A program made the translations under genes and the position numbers. This document shows positions 1 through 9,934 of a DNA stretch of 64,000 bases, piece by piece. Every line of letters begins with the position of its first letter. The first letter of the stretch is position 1. This stretch comes from Alphaproteobacteria bacterium (lineage in GTDB: Bacteria; Pseudomonadota; Alphaproteobacteria; UBA828), in assembly GCA_965214705.1 (NCBI GenBank), contig OZ243972.1, positions 3,360,001-3,424,000 of the forward strand, given 5' to 3'. The notes under the pieces were generated by a model. That model was not told the origin of the DNA. It did not search any database and saw nothing but the letters and a program-made list of their open reading frames with translations.

Positions 1-1730
1 CCTACCGTTCGACGAAGCGGGTGCGCCGTCCCGAGGGCCAGGGGCTGAACGATCTCTACGTGCGCTTCTTCCGCATGGCGGAGCGGCGCATCGCCGAGAA
101 GACGGGCCGGGGCGTGGTCTGCTTCATCTCCAACTATTCCTGGCTCGACGGGCTGTCGTTCACGGGAATGCGCGAGCGTTACCTCGAAGCGTTCGACGCG
201 GTGCGGATCGACTGTCTGAACGGCGACAAGTACAAGACCGGCAAGGTCGCGCCGGACGGCTCGCCGGATCCCAGCATCTTCTCGACCGAGGGCGATCCGG
301 TGGGCATCCAGGTCGGCACCGCCATCGCAACCATGGTGCGCAAGGCCGATCACGCGCCAGGCCGGGCGGTCGGTTTCCGCCACCTGTGGGGACAGGCCAA
401 GCCTGCCGAACTGACAGCGACGGCGGAAACGGAGCCGAGCGTGCTCTACGACACGATCGAGCCGGTGCTGCCGCTCGGCTTGCCGTTCGCGCGGACGGCG
501 GTGAGCGAGAACTGGTTCGACTGGCCGGCCCTGCCCGATCTGTTTCCGGTGTCGTTTCCGGGGGTGAAGACCAGCCGCGACGGGTTTCTGGTCGATACCG
601 ACCTCGACCGGCTCAAGAAGCGTATCGGTGACTACTTCGATCCGGCCTTGAACCACGAGGAAATCGCGCAGCGCTATCCGGGCGTCATGAAGACCACGGC
701 ACGGTTCGATGCCCGTGCGGTGCGCGATGCGCTGCTCGCGCGTGGCGGGCCGGATGAGGCCGGGTTCTTCCGCTTCGCTTACCGGCCCTTCGACAACCGA
801 TGGCTCTACTGGGAGGCGGATGGCGGGCTGCTTGATCGTCCGCGCGCCGACTACCGGCCGCACGTGTTCGAGGGGAATCTGTGGCTTGAGGCACGGGAAC
901 GAGAAGCCAAGGAAGACTTTTCGCGTGGTACCGTGGTCCGGCATCTCGCTGATAACTTCGGTAACGGGCTGTCGAGTTTCTTTCCCACACGGCTCCGCGA
1001 CGACGGTCTTGGAAGCGATGGCGGCGGGGCGTACCGCGCCAATCTTTCGGGGTCGGCACGTCGCTACCTCGAACGCCTTGGACTCGGTGTCGAGGACCTG
1101 TTTCATCATGTCATTGCCGTCCTCCACGATACCGCTTATCGCGAGGACAATGCCGGGGCGCTGCGCATGGAGTGGCCGCGCATCCCGCTCCCAGCTTGGC
1201 CCGATGGTACCGACATTGGTGCGGTGGAAGCGCTCGCCGCGTCCGCCGCGCGCGGTCGCGAACTCGCGGCCCTGCTCGACTCCGAAACGCCGGTGCCGGG
1301 TCTCACCGAACCGCCCTTGCGTCCCGAGATCGCCGCCATCGCAGTCCCGGCCACCACCGACGGCCGCAACATGACCGGCGACGACTTCCTGGTGACGGCA
1401 GGTTGGGGCCACTTCGGGACAGGCGAGGCAGTGATGCCCGGCCAGGGCCGCGCCGTCGAACGCCCTTACACGCCGGATGAGCGCACCGCTCTGGGCGATG
1501 CCTTGACCGCGCTGGGCGGCGAAACCACCTTCGATGTGTACCTGAACGCCAACGCCTACTGGCGCAACGTCCCCGCCGCCGTCTGGACCTACAAGCTGGG
1601 CGGCTACCAAGTCCTCAAGAAATGGCTCTCTTACCGCGAACGCGCTATCCTCGGCCGCCCGCTGAAGCCCGAGGAAGTCCAGTACTTCGCCGAAACGGGG
1701 CGGCGTATCGCGTCGATCCTGCTGATGTAG
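1..1730 (+). CDS. Type ISP/IIL-like restriction-modification enzyme, C-terminal part (N6-adenine MTase end plus target-recognition domain); 5' end outside the window
   Basis: The frame is open to the window edge. Motifs NDLYVRFFR, GVVCFISNYSWLDG, YRPFDNRWLYW and VWTYKLGGYQVLKKWLSYR are typical of the LlaBIII-like C-terminal region. Confidence 0.8.
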   Translation, partial: YRSTKRVRRPEGQGLNDLYVRFFRMAERRIAEKTGRGVVCFISNYSWLDGLSFTGMRERYLEAFDAVRIDCLNGDKYKTGKVAPDGSPDPSIFSTEGDPVGIQVGTAIATMVRKADHAPGRAVGFRHLWGQAKPAELTATAETEPSVLYDTIEPVLPLGLPFARTAVSENWFDWPALPDLFPVSFPGVKTSRDGFLVDTDLDRLKKRIGDYFDPALNHEEIAQRYPGVMKTTARFDARAVRDALLARGGPDEAGFFRFAYRPFDNRWLYWEADGGLLDRPRADYRPHVFEGNLWLEAREREAKEDFSRGTVVRHLADNFGNGLSSFFPTRLRDDGLGSDGGGAYRANLSGSARRYLERLGLGVEDLFHHVIAVLHDTAYREDNAGALRMEWPRIPLPAWPDGTDIGAVEALAASAARGRELAALLDSETPVPGLTEPPLRPEIAAIAVPATTDGRNMTGDDFLVTAGWGHFGTGEAVMPGQGRAVERPYTPDERTALGDALTALGGETTFDVYLNANAYWRNVPAAVWTYKLGGYQVLKKWLSYRERAILGRPLKPEEVQYFAETGRRIASILLM

Positions 1731-1745
1731 TCTAGGAAATCATCC

Positions 1746-2603
1746 GTGACTTTGAATAGATCAAAACAACACCACTACATTCCTGTAATGCTGATCAAAA
1801 ACTTCTGTGAGAACGGTCAAGTATGGGTGTGTCACAAGAATGAGAAGCGTATTTTCAAAGTATCGCCAAACAATATATTCAAAGAGAATAATTCATACGC
1901 CAGCTATGACCTAGATAATTTTCAAGTTAAATCTGACAAACACGAAGTAACTCTTTCAGGAATTGAAAGTGACGCTGCACCAGTTGTCCGGAAAATCATA
2001 GCGCATTCACGATGCAATGAACATCCCAAGCTCTCCTTGTCAGAGAGGCGTGTTTGGAAGGCGTTCTACTGCGCTTCCTGCCGGAGGACACCGGAGTTCG
2101 CGCGGAAATTGTTGAATCTTGATGGATTTGACGATGTCTTTCACTTGGTATGTGAGCAGTTGCTCCATCAGACTGGAATAGATTGCCCGGACAAAGAGGT
2201 TCTTGCACGGGAGGTCGCGCTCAGACCCGCAAAGGATGTTGTGAAGCAAAACACCAAGGCCCGCTTCGCCTCTGGAGATCATCCCCGCCTTAAAGCGCAC
2301 GTTGAGCGTTTCTCCCGTGAAACCGGCTTGATGATTTCTGTCATTCGCCGGCCAAACAGAAGCTTCGTTATTGGCAGCCATGGCATCTCCATCGTTCCAC
2401 GAGGCAAGGCGATTGGCGGTTGGCTTCCCATTGCGCATGATGTCGCAGTGACACCTACCGCGTATGCTGATAGGGAGATTCTACTTGCGCTAGATAACGA
2501 CCACGATCAAATCATTAGAGCGGTCAATAGAGCCTCCTTTCAGAGCTCCCAATTCGTCGCCGCAATATCCGAATCCTTGATCAGGTCACTTATGAATCGG
2601 TAA
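1746..2603 (+). CDS. DUF4238 family protein
   Basis: N-terminal KQHHYIPVMLIKNF, then E..LSGIES.AAPVVRKI and a late WLPIAHD motif. Visibly lower GC than its flanks; 15 bp after the RM gene. Confidence 0.75.
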   Translation: MTLNRSKQHHYIPVMLIKNFCENGQVWVCHKNEKRIFKVSPNNIFKENNSYASYDLDNFQVKSDKHEVTLSGIESDAAPVVRKIIAHSRCNEHPKLSLSERRVWKAFYCASCRRTPEFARKLLNLDGFDDVFHLVCEQLLHQTGIDCPDKEVLAREVALRPAKDVVKQNTKARFASGDHPRLKAHVERFSRETGLMISVIRRPNRSFVIGSHGISIVPRGKAIGGWLPIAHDVAVTPTAYADREILLALDNDHDQIIRAVNRASFQSSQFVAAISESLIRSLMNR

Positions 2604-2657
2604 CTGCGACAAAGACTCATTGGAAACGTCCGTACCCCGGCTTTCATCCCCTCCGCG

Positions 2658-2945
2658 ATGATACATCCCACTCGCTCCGCCGCTTTCACGAGGTGGTCGT
2701 CGGCGAAATGGGCGTGGGCCGCCGTGGTCCGGTGCTGCCAATGCCCGTGCAGTTTACCGACCAAGGGGGAGATTTTCGCCGAACATCACGGCTTGGCTGG
2801 CCGCTGTGTGACGGTTGTCAGAGATGCCGGCCACGACATACTCACTCAAGGCGCACGCGTGACCTGCGAGGTGACGGAGGGACGGCGCGGTCGGTGGTGT
2901 GCGAAGATCTTGAAACCGGCTTGGTGTGCTGAACGATCTGACTAG
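2658..2945 (+). pseudogene. Degenerate cold-shock-domain-like ORF
   Basis: C-terminal GEIF.....VVRDAGHDILTQGARVTCEVTEGRRG resembles the second half of a CSD; the RNP1 motif is not recognisable. Confidence 0.35.
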
Positions 2946-3260
2946 GGTTGCTCATTCTCCTGCATAAGAGACTATTATAACGTCATTTTATGCCTGTGGC
3001 AAGGATAATCGAAAGAGGCTAGTTCAGTGCATTAGGGAGTGTTTGAATGGTATCTTTAGTTGCATTCAGGGAAGTAGGATGTATATCTGCTGAATGATGC
3101 ATGAGCGGTGGTAGTCGGGTCAAACGGAGATCATGAGCGATCGTGGATCAAGGATAGCGAGAGAAGTCATTCGGGATATTGTAGGATCATAAATCAGTCT
3201 AGCACAGGATTATGATACCTTGTGTATTCGGCTTCGAGCATCGTCCGGGGGAGGTCTGCG

Positions 3261-3375
3261 ATGAGCGGGAATGCGAGCGGGCACCGTCAGCGAGCGGTGA
3301 TGGCGTCGGATACGGAGTGGGAGATAATCGGCCGGGTGGCGAAACGGCGCAGCATGGACCGCTCGCGCTACCTGA
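3261..3375 (+). pseudogene. Truncated small ribbon-helix-helix/MobC-like ORF (paralog 1)
   Basis: GGAGG RBS, then MSGNASGHRQRAVMASDTEWEIIGRVAKRRSMDRSRYL, matching the ORFs at 17762 and 31215. Similarity stops where the TraA-like sequence begins. Confidence 0.55.
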
Positions 3376-5971
3376 CATGGCGGAATCCATGGCGTCAGAC
3401 ACCGGCCACGGGTTGCCGGAAGAGGCGGTGGCGTTGAAGGTCGAGACGCTGCTGGATCGGAACTATCCGCTGAGCCAGGAGCAGTCGCTGGCGATCAGGC
3501 ACGCCACCGCGAAGGGCGGACGCGTGGCGGTGATCGAAGGCGCTGCGGGCTCGGGCAAGACCACGACGCTCCGTCCCATCACCGACCTGCACAGGGAGCA
3601 CGGCTACGAGATCGTGCCGACGGCAGTCGCCTGGCGGACGGCGGTGGCGCTCGGCGACGACTGCGACGCCCGCCCCTACTGCGTGGACAAGCTGCTGAAG
3701 CTCGCCGCCAAGGGACAGCTGGAGATCGGCCGAAACACCTTGATCGTGGTGGACGAGGCGGGGATGCTGTCCACCCGGCAGGCGCACCACATCCTCCAGC
3801 TCTCCGAGCGCCACGGGGCGAAGGTGGTGTTCGCTGGCGACACCCGTCAGCAGCAGCCCGTGGAGGCTGGGCCGGGTCTGAGACTCATCCGCGACGTCGC
3901 CGGCAGCGTCCGCGTCGACCGCATCCGGCGCCAGAAGGCGGACCTCGAGGACGTGCTGGTTCAGGTGCGTGGGGAGACGCCGGAGCACGCCCGCTTCCGG
4001 GCCGGGCTGACCTCGCGGGAGGAGCGCGATGCCATCCTTGCCGACTACGAGGCGATGGAGAAGAAACCCCTGTTCACGCCCTGGCAGGTGGCGGCCTCGG
4101 AGGCGCTCAGGGACGGCGACGCGGAACAGGCGATCGAGGCATGGCACCTCCGGGGCCGGCTTCATCTCTGCTACGACGAGGAGAAGACGCTCAAGCGTCT
4201 CGTGGACGACTGGGCGCGGCACATGGGGGCCGAGCCCGAAAAATCCGCCGTGGTGCTCGCGCGCACGCGCGCCGAGGCCCGGGCGCTCTCGTGGCTGATG
4301 CGGGAGCGGGTGCTTGCCCGAACGCCGGAAGCGAAGCGCGCCGTCATCGAAGTGAGTCGGGACCTGGACGGGCGGGTAACGGAGCCGCTGGAGATCGCCG
4401 TCGGCGACCGCCTCCGCATCGGCGCCACGCAGTGGGAGAAGCAGCTCTTCAACGGCACCGTGGTCACGGTGGAGGATCTGGAGGTGCGCCACGGGGAGCA
4501 CGCGGCGGTCTCACGCAAGGTCCGGAACCGGCAGGCCGGCGGGCGTGAGAGTCGCGGCCCGGAGGCAGGTGAGAAACGGCTTGAAGCGGGCCGTGCAAGG
4601 GAAGGGTTCGAAAGGAATGCGGAAAACGTGCCATCGGTGTTCATCACGGCGTGTACCGACGATGGGCGCAGGGTCTCGTTCCGGCACGACGAGATCCGTG
4701 ACTTCCACGACAACATCCGCCTCGACTACGGCTATGCCATGACCATCGCGTCCGCCCAGGGGATCACGGTCGACCGGGCCTTCCTCCTGATCGACGAGCG
4801 GCCCTCCCGCGAGACCGTCTATCCCGCCGCGACCCGCCATCGCGAGGGGATCGACGTCTACGTAAACCGCGCGCCCATCGTCTTCGACATCGCAGAGCAC
4901 CGGCCCGAGGACGAGGCGGACATGCCCGTCACAGACAGCGATGTGCGGGCGTATCTGGCGGAGCGATGGTCGCGCTCCCAGCCCAAGGAAGCGGCGCTCG
5001 ATTACATCGCGGACGGCGCATGGCGGGACGCGAGAGAAAGTGCTCAGCTCGCGGCACGGCCTGGAACGCAGCCCGGAGCGCAGCTCGGGCGGGGCGGCAA
5101 CGGGAACGGGGAAAGCCGGTCGCGGAATGCGGCGCGCGGCGGTCCCGGCGAACGGCAGGGAGACGCGGCAACGGCGCAGCGGCGGCGAACGACAACGCCA
5201 TCGTGCGAATCGCCCGCGAAATCCGCCACGCGGTCAACGGCTGGCGTCACGGTGCGGCCGTCGACGCCTTCGCGGCGGAGAGCACCGAGGTCATGGCGGC
5301 ATGGGACGAGCTTCGCAAGCGCGCACGCGCCGAGGGCGAGGCGGTGGCGCTCAGCCCCGCCTTCCGCGAGACCCTCGACCGTCACCGCGCGCTGATGAAG
5401 CAGGCCGCGTCCTTCCGCTCCCGGCCGCAGGTGTTCGAACGCCTGCTCGCCGACCGCGCCGGCATCGGCGAAGCCGAAATCGCGGAGCTTCGCGATCTGC
5501 ACTCGCGCGCCGGCAGGTATCGGCGCTCTGTCACGGCCAGGGCCGCTCACCGGGCGCGGCAGGACGCGCAGCGCCAAGACGCGCAGCGCCAGGACGCACC
5601 GCGCGAAGAAGCGGGGGTCGTCGCAGCCGAGGCTGTCGCAGCCGGGATCGCCGCCCCTGCCGCCGGGCCCGCTCCCGAAGAGTCCCTGCCGCCGAAGACC
5701 TCGGAAGCCCTCGCGCCCGTCCTGGAGCGCGATGCCCCGCCCGATTGGCGCGCGCTCTACAGGGAGCTGCAACACGACTGGAACGATCTTGTCCAGCGCG
5801 CCGAAGAACCCGATTTTCCGCTACCCCTGATAGACGGGTACGACGCGCTGATCCGCCGCGTCCGCGCGCTCGCCGATAATCCGGGCCTCTCGCAGCGCGC
5901 TCGCAGCGTGATCGACGGGCTCCTCGATTACCATGACGACGAGACCGTCGCCCGCGAGATCGCCGAGGGTT
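3376..5971 (+). pseudogene. traA: TraA-like conjugative relaxase, RecD-type helicase part; N-terminal relaxase domain missing, frameshift near 5050-5170, interrupted by ISAs1
   Basis: Walker A GAAGSGKTT, IVVDEAGM, GDTRQQQPVEAG, IRRQ, YGYAMTIASAQGITVD and ATRHRE. The coding frame shifts into ORF 4966..6093. Confidence 0.8.
5560..5604 (+). repeat. 15-bp tandem repeat x3 encoding QDAQR/QDAPR in the TraA linker
   Basis: caggacgcgcagcgc caagacgcgcagcgc caggacgcaccgcgc. Confidence 0.75.
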
Positions 5972-7107
5972 CAGGGCGAATTTATTGTCCGCCGGTCGAG
6001 CCGGTTGAGCTGAAGTCGGAGCTGACCATTCTGTTCTCGATGTGGCAGTGTGCCGCTCATGGCGACGCTGCCGGTTCCGGATTCGTCCATTGATCTGCGC
6101 GCGGTCACGGTGCGCCCGACCTGGGGCGCGCGGGAGCACCGGCGCTGGGACCGGCTGGTTGAGGAGCACCACTATCTGGCGTTCCACGGCGTCATCGGCA
6201 AGGGCCTGCGCCATGTCGCGGTGCACGGCGAGACTTGGCTCGCACTGATCGGCTGGCAGCCTGGCGCGTTCAAGCTGGGCGCGCGGGATCGCTGGATCGG
6301 GTGGTCGGCGGAGCAGCAGTTCCGGCGCCTGCATCTGATCGCCAACAACTCGCGTTTTGTCATTCTGACGCCTGAGCGGGTGCCGAACCTGGCCTCCCGT
6401 GTGCTGGGGCTGAGCCTGCGGCGGCTGTCGCAGGACATGCAGGCGGCGCACGGATATCCGGCTCTTCTGGCGGAGACGTTTGTGGACGTCTCGCGCTTCG
6501 CCGGCACCTGCTACCGCGCGTCGAATTGGCGCTCGCTGGGGCTGACGCGCGGCTTTGCCCGTGAGCCCGGAGGGGCGGCGCGCTGGCGTCACCACGGCCA
6601 GCCCAAGGAGGTCTTCGTGTTCGAACTGACAGACGGCGCGCCTGAGGCGCTGAGCCGGGTCGAGATGCCGGCAAACTGGAGCGCTGAGCAGCACACCGAG
6701 CCGATGGCCGCGCCCCGGCTGCGCAGCCTGTTCGAGTGTCTGGGCGAGGTGCCGGAGTACCGCCATGCCCGGGGCAAGCGCTATGAGCTCAATACCATTC
6801 TGACGCTTGCCACAGCCGCGCGGCTTGCCGGCTACCGGGGGGTGAACGCATTCGCCCAGTTCGCCGCCCTGCTCTCCCAGGAGCAGCTCAAGGCGGTGGG
6901 CGCCTTCTGGAGCCCGTCCAGGCAGCGCTACACCGCGCCCGCGATCACCACCTTCCACAACGTCCTTGCCGCGCTGCCGCCGGAGACCCTGGACAACGCC
7001 ATCGGCCAGTGGACCGGTCAGCACAACGTAAGCGGTACGCAGACCCCATACCGGAATCTGGCTTGACTACGACGGGGATTTCTTGAGGAGCGCCGTGAGC
7101 GCGCGAG

Positions 7108-8850
7108 TCATTTTGCCTCGGGCTGGAAGTTCCACGGCAGAAGCTCCTGGATGCCCGACTGCGGGTGGCCCTTGGCGATCTTCTCGAGCGTGCTCCGCAT
7201 CCAGGCGTAGGGCTCGACGCCGTTCATCTTGCAGGTCTCGATCAGCGAGGCGATGCGGGCCCAGGCTTGCGCACCCTCGTCGTTGCCGGCGAAGAGCGCG
7301 TTCTTGGCGGTGAGCTTCAGCGGCCGGATTCGGTTTTCCACCAGGTTCGAGTCGATCTCGACACGACCGTCGTGCAGGAACTCCAGCAGCCCGTCCCACT
7401 GGTTGGCGATATAGGTCAGCTTCTCGCCGAGACGCGAGCGCGGTGAGACGCGCGAGCGCTGCTCGTCGAGCCAGACACCGAAGGTGTTCACGATCGGCGC
7501 CGACTCCTCCCAACGGATCGCGCGGCGCTCCGCCGGCGGCTTGCCCCGGATCTTCTTCTCGATCGCATAGAGCTTCGCGATCCGATTCAGACCGGCCAGC
7601 GCGATCGGCGATGCGCTCGAGTCGTATACCTCTTTCAGCTTCCGTCTTACATGCGCCCAACAGAGGGCCCGCGTCACAGGGCCTTCCGCCCGGTCCGGCC
7701 GCGCCAGGATGTTGTGGCCCGAGTAGCCGTCGAGCTGCACCGTCCCCGAAAAGCCCTCCATAAGCTCGGCGCCATACTTGCCGCCGCGGCCGGGCGCATA
7801 GCGATAGACGACGCCCGGCGGGTCCGTGCCGCTCCAGTGGCGCTCGTCACGCACAAGGGTCCACATGTAGCCCGTCTTCGTCTTGCCCCGGCCCGGGTCG
7901 AGAACGCGGATCGTGGTCTCGTCCAGACCCAGGTGATCCGACTTCTTCAGCTCATCCTCCAGGCAAGCGACCACGGGGCGCAGGTGAAACGACGCCTGGC
8001 CCACCCACGTCGCCAGCGTCGCACGGTGAACCTCGATCCCCGAGCGCTCGTAGATCTGCGACTGGCGATAGAGCGGGCAATGATCGCCGTACTTCGCGAT
8101 CAGCACCTGCGCCAGAAGAGCCTCGGTGGGAAGGCCGCCCTCGACCAGAGCGGCCGGCGCCGGCGACTGCACCACCCCGCCCCCCTTGCACTTGTTGCAG
8201 GCGTAGCGGGGGCGCACGGTCTCGATGACGGTGAACTTCGCCGGCTCATAGTCCAGCCGCTCGCTGCGGTCCTCGCCGATCTTCGTCATCTCGCCGCAGC
8301 CGCAGGGGCACATGATCGTGTCCGGCTCGATCACCTCCTCGCGCCGGTCGACCTGGGGCCCGAAGCGCACCCCGCTGCGCGACCCCCGGGAAGAGCGCCG
8401 CCGGCGCTTGCCGCCAGCCCCCTCGTCCTGCTCCTGGTCATCTGCCTCGGGCCGACCGCCGGCTTCAGCGATCGCCGCCCAAAACTCCTCGAACGTAAGC
8501 TGGCGCTCGTCCTCGCCGAGCTTCTCGGAGCGCGGACCGAACAGCGCCTTCCTGAGCTCCTTGTTGAGATGCTCAAGCCGGCTGATCTGCTCCGCGCTCT
8601 GCGCGTTCTCGGCCTCCAGCCGTGCCGCCCGCGCTTCCGCCGTCTGCCTCGCCGCCTCCGCCGCGCCGCGTGCCTGCTCCGCTTCGCATAGGGCTGCTTC
8701 CGTCGCCCGGCGCGCCGCGCGCTCGTCGTCAAGCTCCGCATGCAGGGCCGCCAGCGCCGCCGAAACCACCGCAGGCGACGGCGAACCGGCGCTGCTGAGG
8801 GGTGAGGGCGTGACCTTCGGCATGGGCCACCCCTTAATCCGATTCGCCAA
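7108..8850 (-). CDS. tnpC: IS66 transposase TnpC
   Basis: Coiled coil + LFGPRSEK, Zn finger CPCGC...CNKC, LDETT, LDGY, CWAHVRRK, IDSNLVENRIRP. Confidence 0.95.
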   Translation of the reverse strand: MANRIKGWPMPKVTPSPLSSAGSPSPAVVSAALAALHAELDDERAARRATEAALCEAEQARGAAEAARQTAEARAARLEAENAQSAEQISRLEHLNKELRKALFGPRSEKLGEDERQLTFEEFWAAIAEAGGRPEADDQEQDEGAGGKRRRRSSRGSRSGVRFGPQVDRREEVIEPDTIMCPCGCGEMTKIGEDRSERLDYEPAKFTVIETVRPRYACNKCKGGGVVQSPAPAALVEGGLPTEALLAQVLIAKYGDHCPLYRQSQIYERSGIEVHRATLATWVGQASFHLRPVVACLEDELKKSDHLGLDETTIRVLDPGRGKTKTGYMWTLVRDERHWSGTDPPGVVYRYAPGRGGKYGAELMEGFSGTVQLDGYSGHNILARPDRAEGPVTRALCWAHVRRKLKEVYDSSASPIALAGLNRIAKLYAIEKKIRGKPPAERRAIRWEESAPIVNTFGVWLDEQRSRVSPRSRLGEKLTYIANQWDGLLEFLHDGRVEIDSNLVENRIRPLKLTAKNALFAGNDEGAQAWARIASLIETCKMNGVEPYAWMRSTLEKIAKGHPQSGIQELLPWNFQPEAK

Positions 8851-8916
8851 TGCATGACCAGGGAAAAGTGCAGGCGGGACCGCGACCGAAATCTGCGGCC
8901 CCGCCTGCGTGCCGCC

Positions 8917-9267
8917 TCACTCCGCCGCCAGCGGGCGGCGAACCGGGCGGGCCTTCACCCGGCGCCAGTCCAGACCCTCGAAGAGGGCCTCGAACTGGCC
9001 CTTCGTAAGGCGCATCACACCATCCTCGATCCGAGGCCAGGCGAAGCGGCCCTGCTCCAGACGCTTGTAGGTCATCACCAGACCGCTGCCGTCCCACGCA
9101 AGGAGCTTGAGCCTGTCGCCGCGGCGCGAGCGGAAGATCACGATCACCCCGGAATAGATATCGAGGTCCAGCTCCCCCGCCGCCGTCGCCGCAAGCGCGT
9201 CGTGGCCGCGACGAAAATCAACCGGCCGCGTCGCCAACACGATGCGAAGCGAGGGGGCCGCGATCAT
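8917..9267 (-). CDS. tnpB: IS66 accessory protein TnpB
   Basis: PVDFRRG.D.L, FRSRRGDRLKLLAWDGSG, KRLEQGRFAWP. Confidence 0.95.
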   Translation of the reverse strand: MIAAPSLRIVLATRPVDFRRGHDALAATAAGELDLDIYSGVIVIFRSRRGDRLKLLAWDGSGLVMTYKRLEQGRFAWPRIEDGVMRLTKGQFEALFEGLDWRRVKARPVRRPLAAE

Positions 9268-9719
9268 GACGACGCCCGGCCCAGGCCCGAGGCCACCGCA
9301 ACAATCCGATCGACCGCGCTCTCCACCGGAAGGCGAACGACCACGCCTAGCGCCTCGATCGCCACCGTCCGCTCGGACGTCACGCTATCAACCACCACGG
9401 GAACAAATGGCGGTGCAGAGCCACCAATCCGAGCGCCCGGAAGAGTTCCCTCCCGCGCGCGCCGCCGCCACTTGGTCAGGGTCGTATCGCTGACGCCATG
9501 GCGGCGCGCGACCGCCGCAACCGAAGAGCCCGGCTCAAAGCTCTCCGAGACAATCCGCGCCTTCTCATCGTCCGGCCAGCGTCGCATGGGGGCCGGCTCA
9601 GACGGAGCCGGGGCGGCTCCCTCAGAAGCTGGGATCTCAACCGAAGCAACAGCGACACCGTCGCCAGATGCCAAAATCGAATCTGTCATCGCGATCTCTC
9701 CTGTGTGGCTCGTGGTCAA
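9264..9719 (-). CDS. tnpA: IS66 accessory HTH protein TnpA
   Basis: RRWPDDEKARIVSES..PGSSVAAVARRHGV...L.KWRR. Confidence 0.9.
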   Translation of the reverse strand: MTTSHTGEIAMTDSILASGDGVAVASVEIPASEGAAPAPSEPAPMRRWPDDEKARIVSESFEPGSSVAAVARRHGVSDTTLTKWRRRAREGTLPGARIGGSAPPFVPVVVDSVTSERTVAIEALGVVVRLPVESAVDRIVAVASGLGRASS

Positions 9720-9934
9720 GGCGGAGAGTCAGCCCCGAAATCAGATCCGCTGGAAGTATGGGGGCCCGATACCGCTTACAGCACAACAGCGCGCACGTGC
9801 CCGTCGCCATGGACGGGAAGGACCTGCGCGGCGCGTCCGCGCAGACCGAAGACGGGCGGCGGATGATGGTCGCAGCGGTGGAGCATGACACCGGCGTCGT
9901 CCTCGGGCAGGTCGAGGTCGACGCCAAGAGCAAC

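Larger units (their letters stand above)
7028..9779 (-). mobile_element. IS66-family element, copy A (2752 bp; tnpA-tnpB-tnpC)
   Basis: Both ends GTAAGCGGTA; 8-bp TSD agcacaac at 7020-7027 and 9780-9787. Confidence 0.95.

Noticed and set aside
6050-7066. Druantia defence system
   Set aside because: The DUF4338 domain is part of the ISAs1 transposase and no DruE-like helicase or other dru genes are present.
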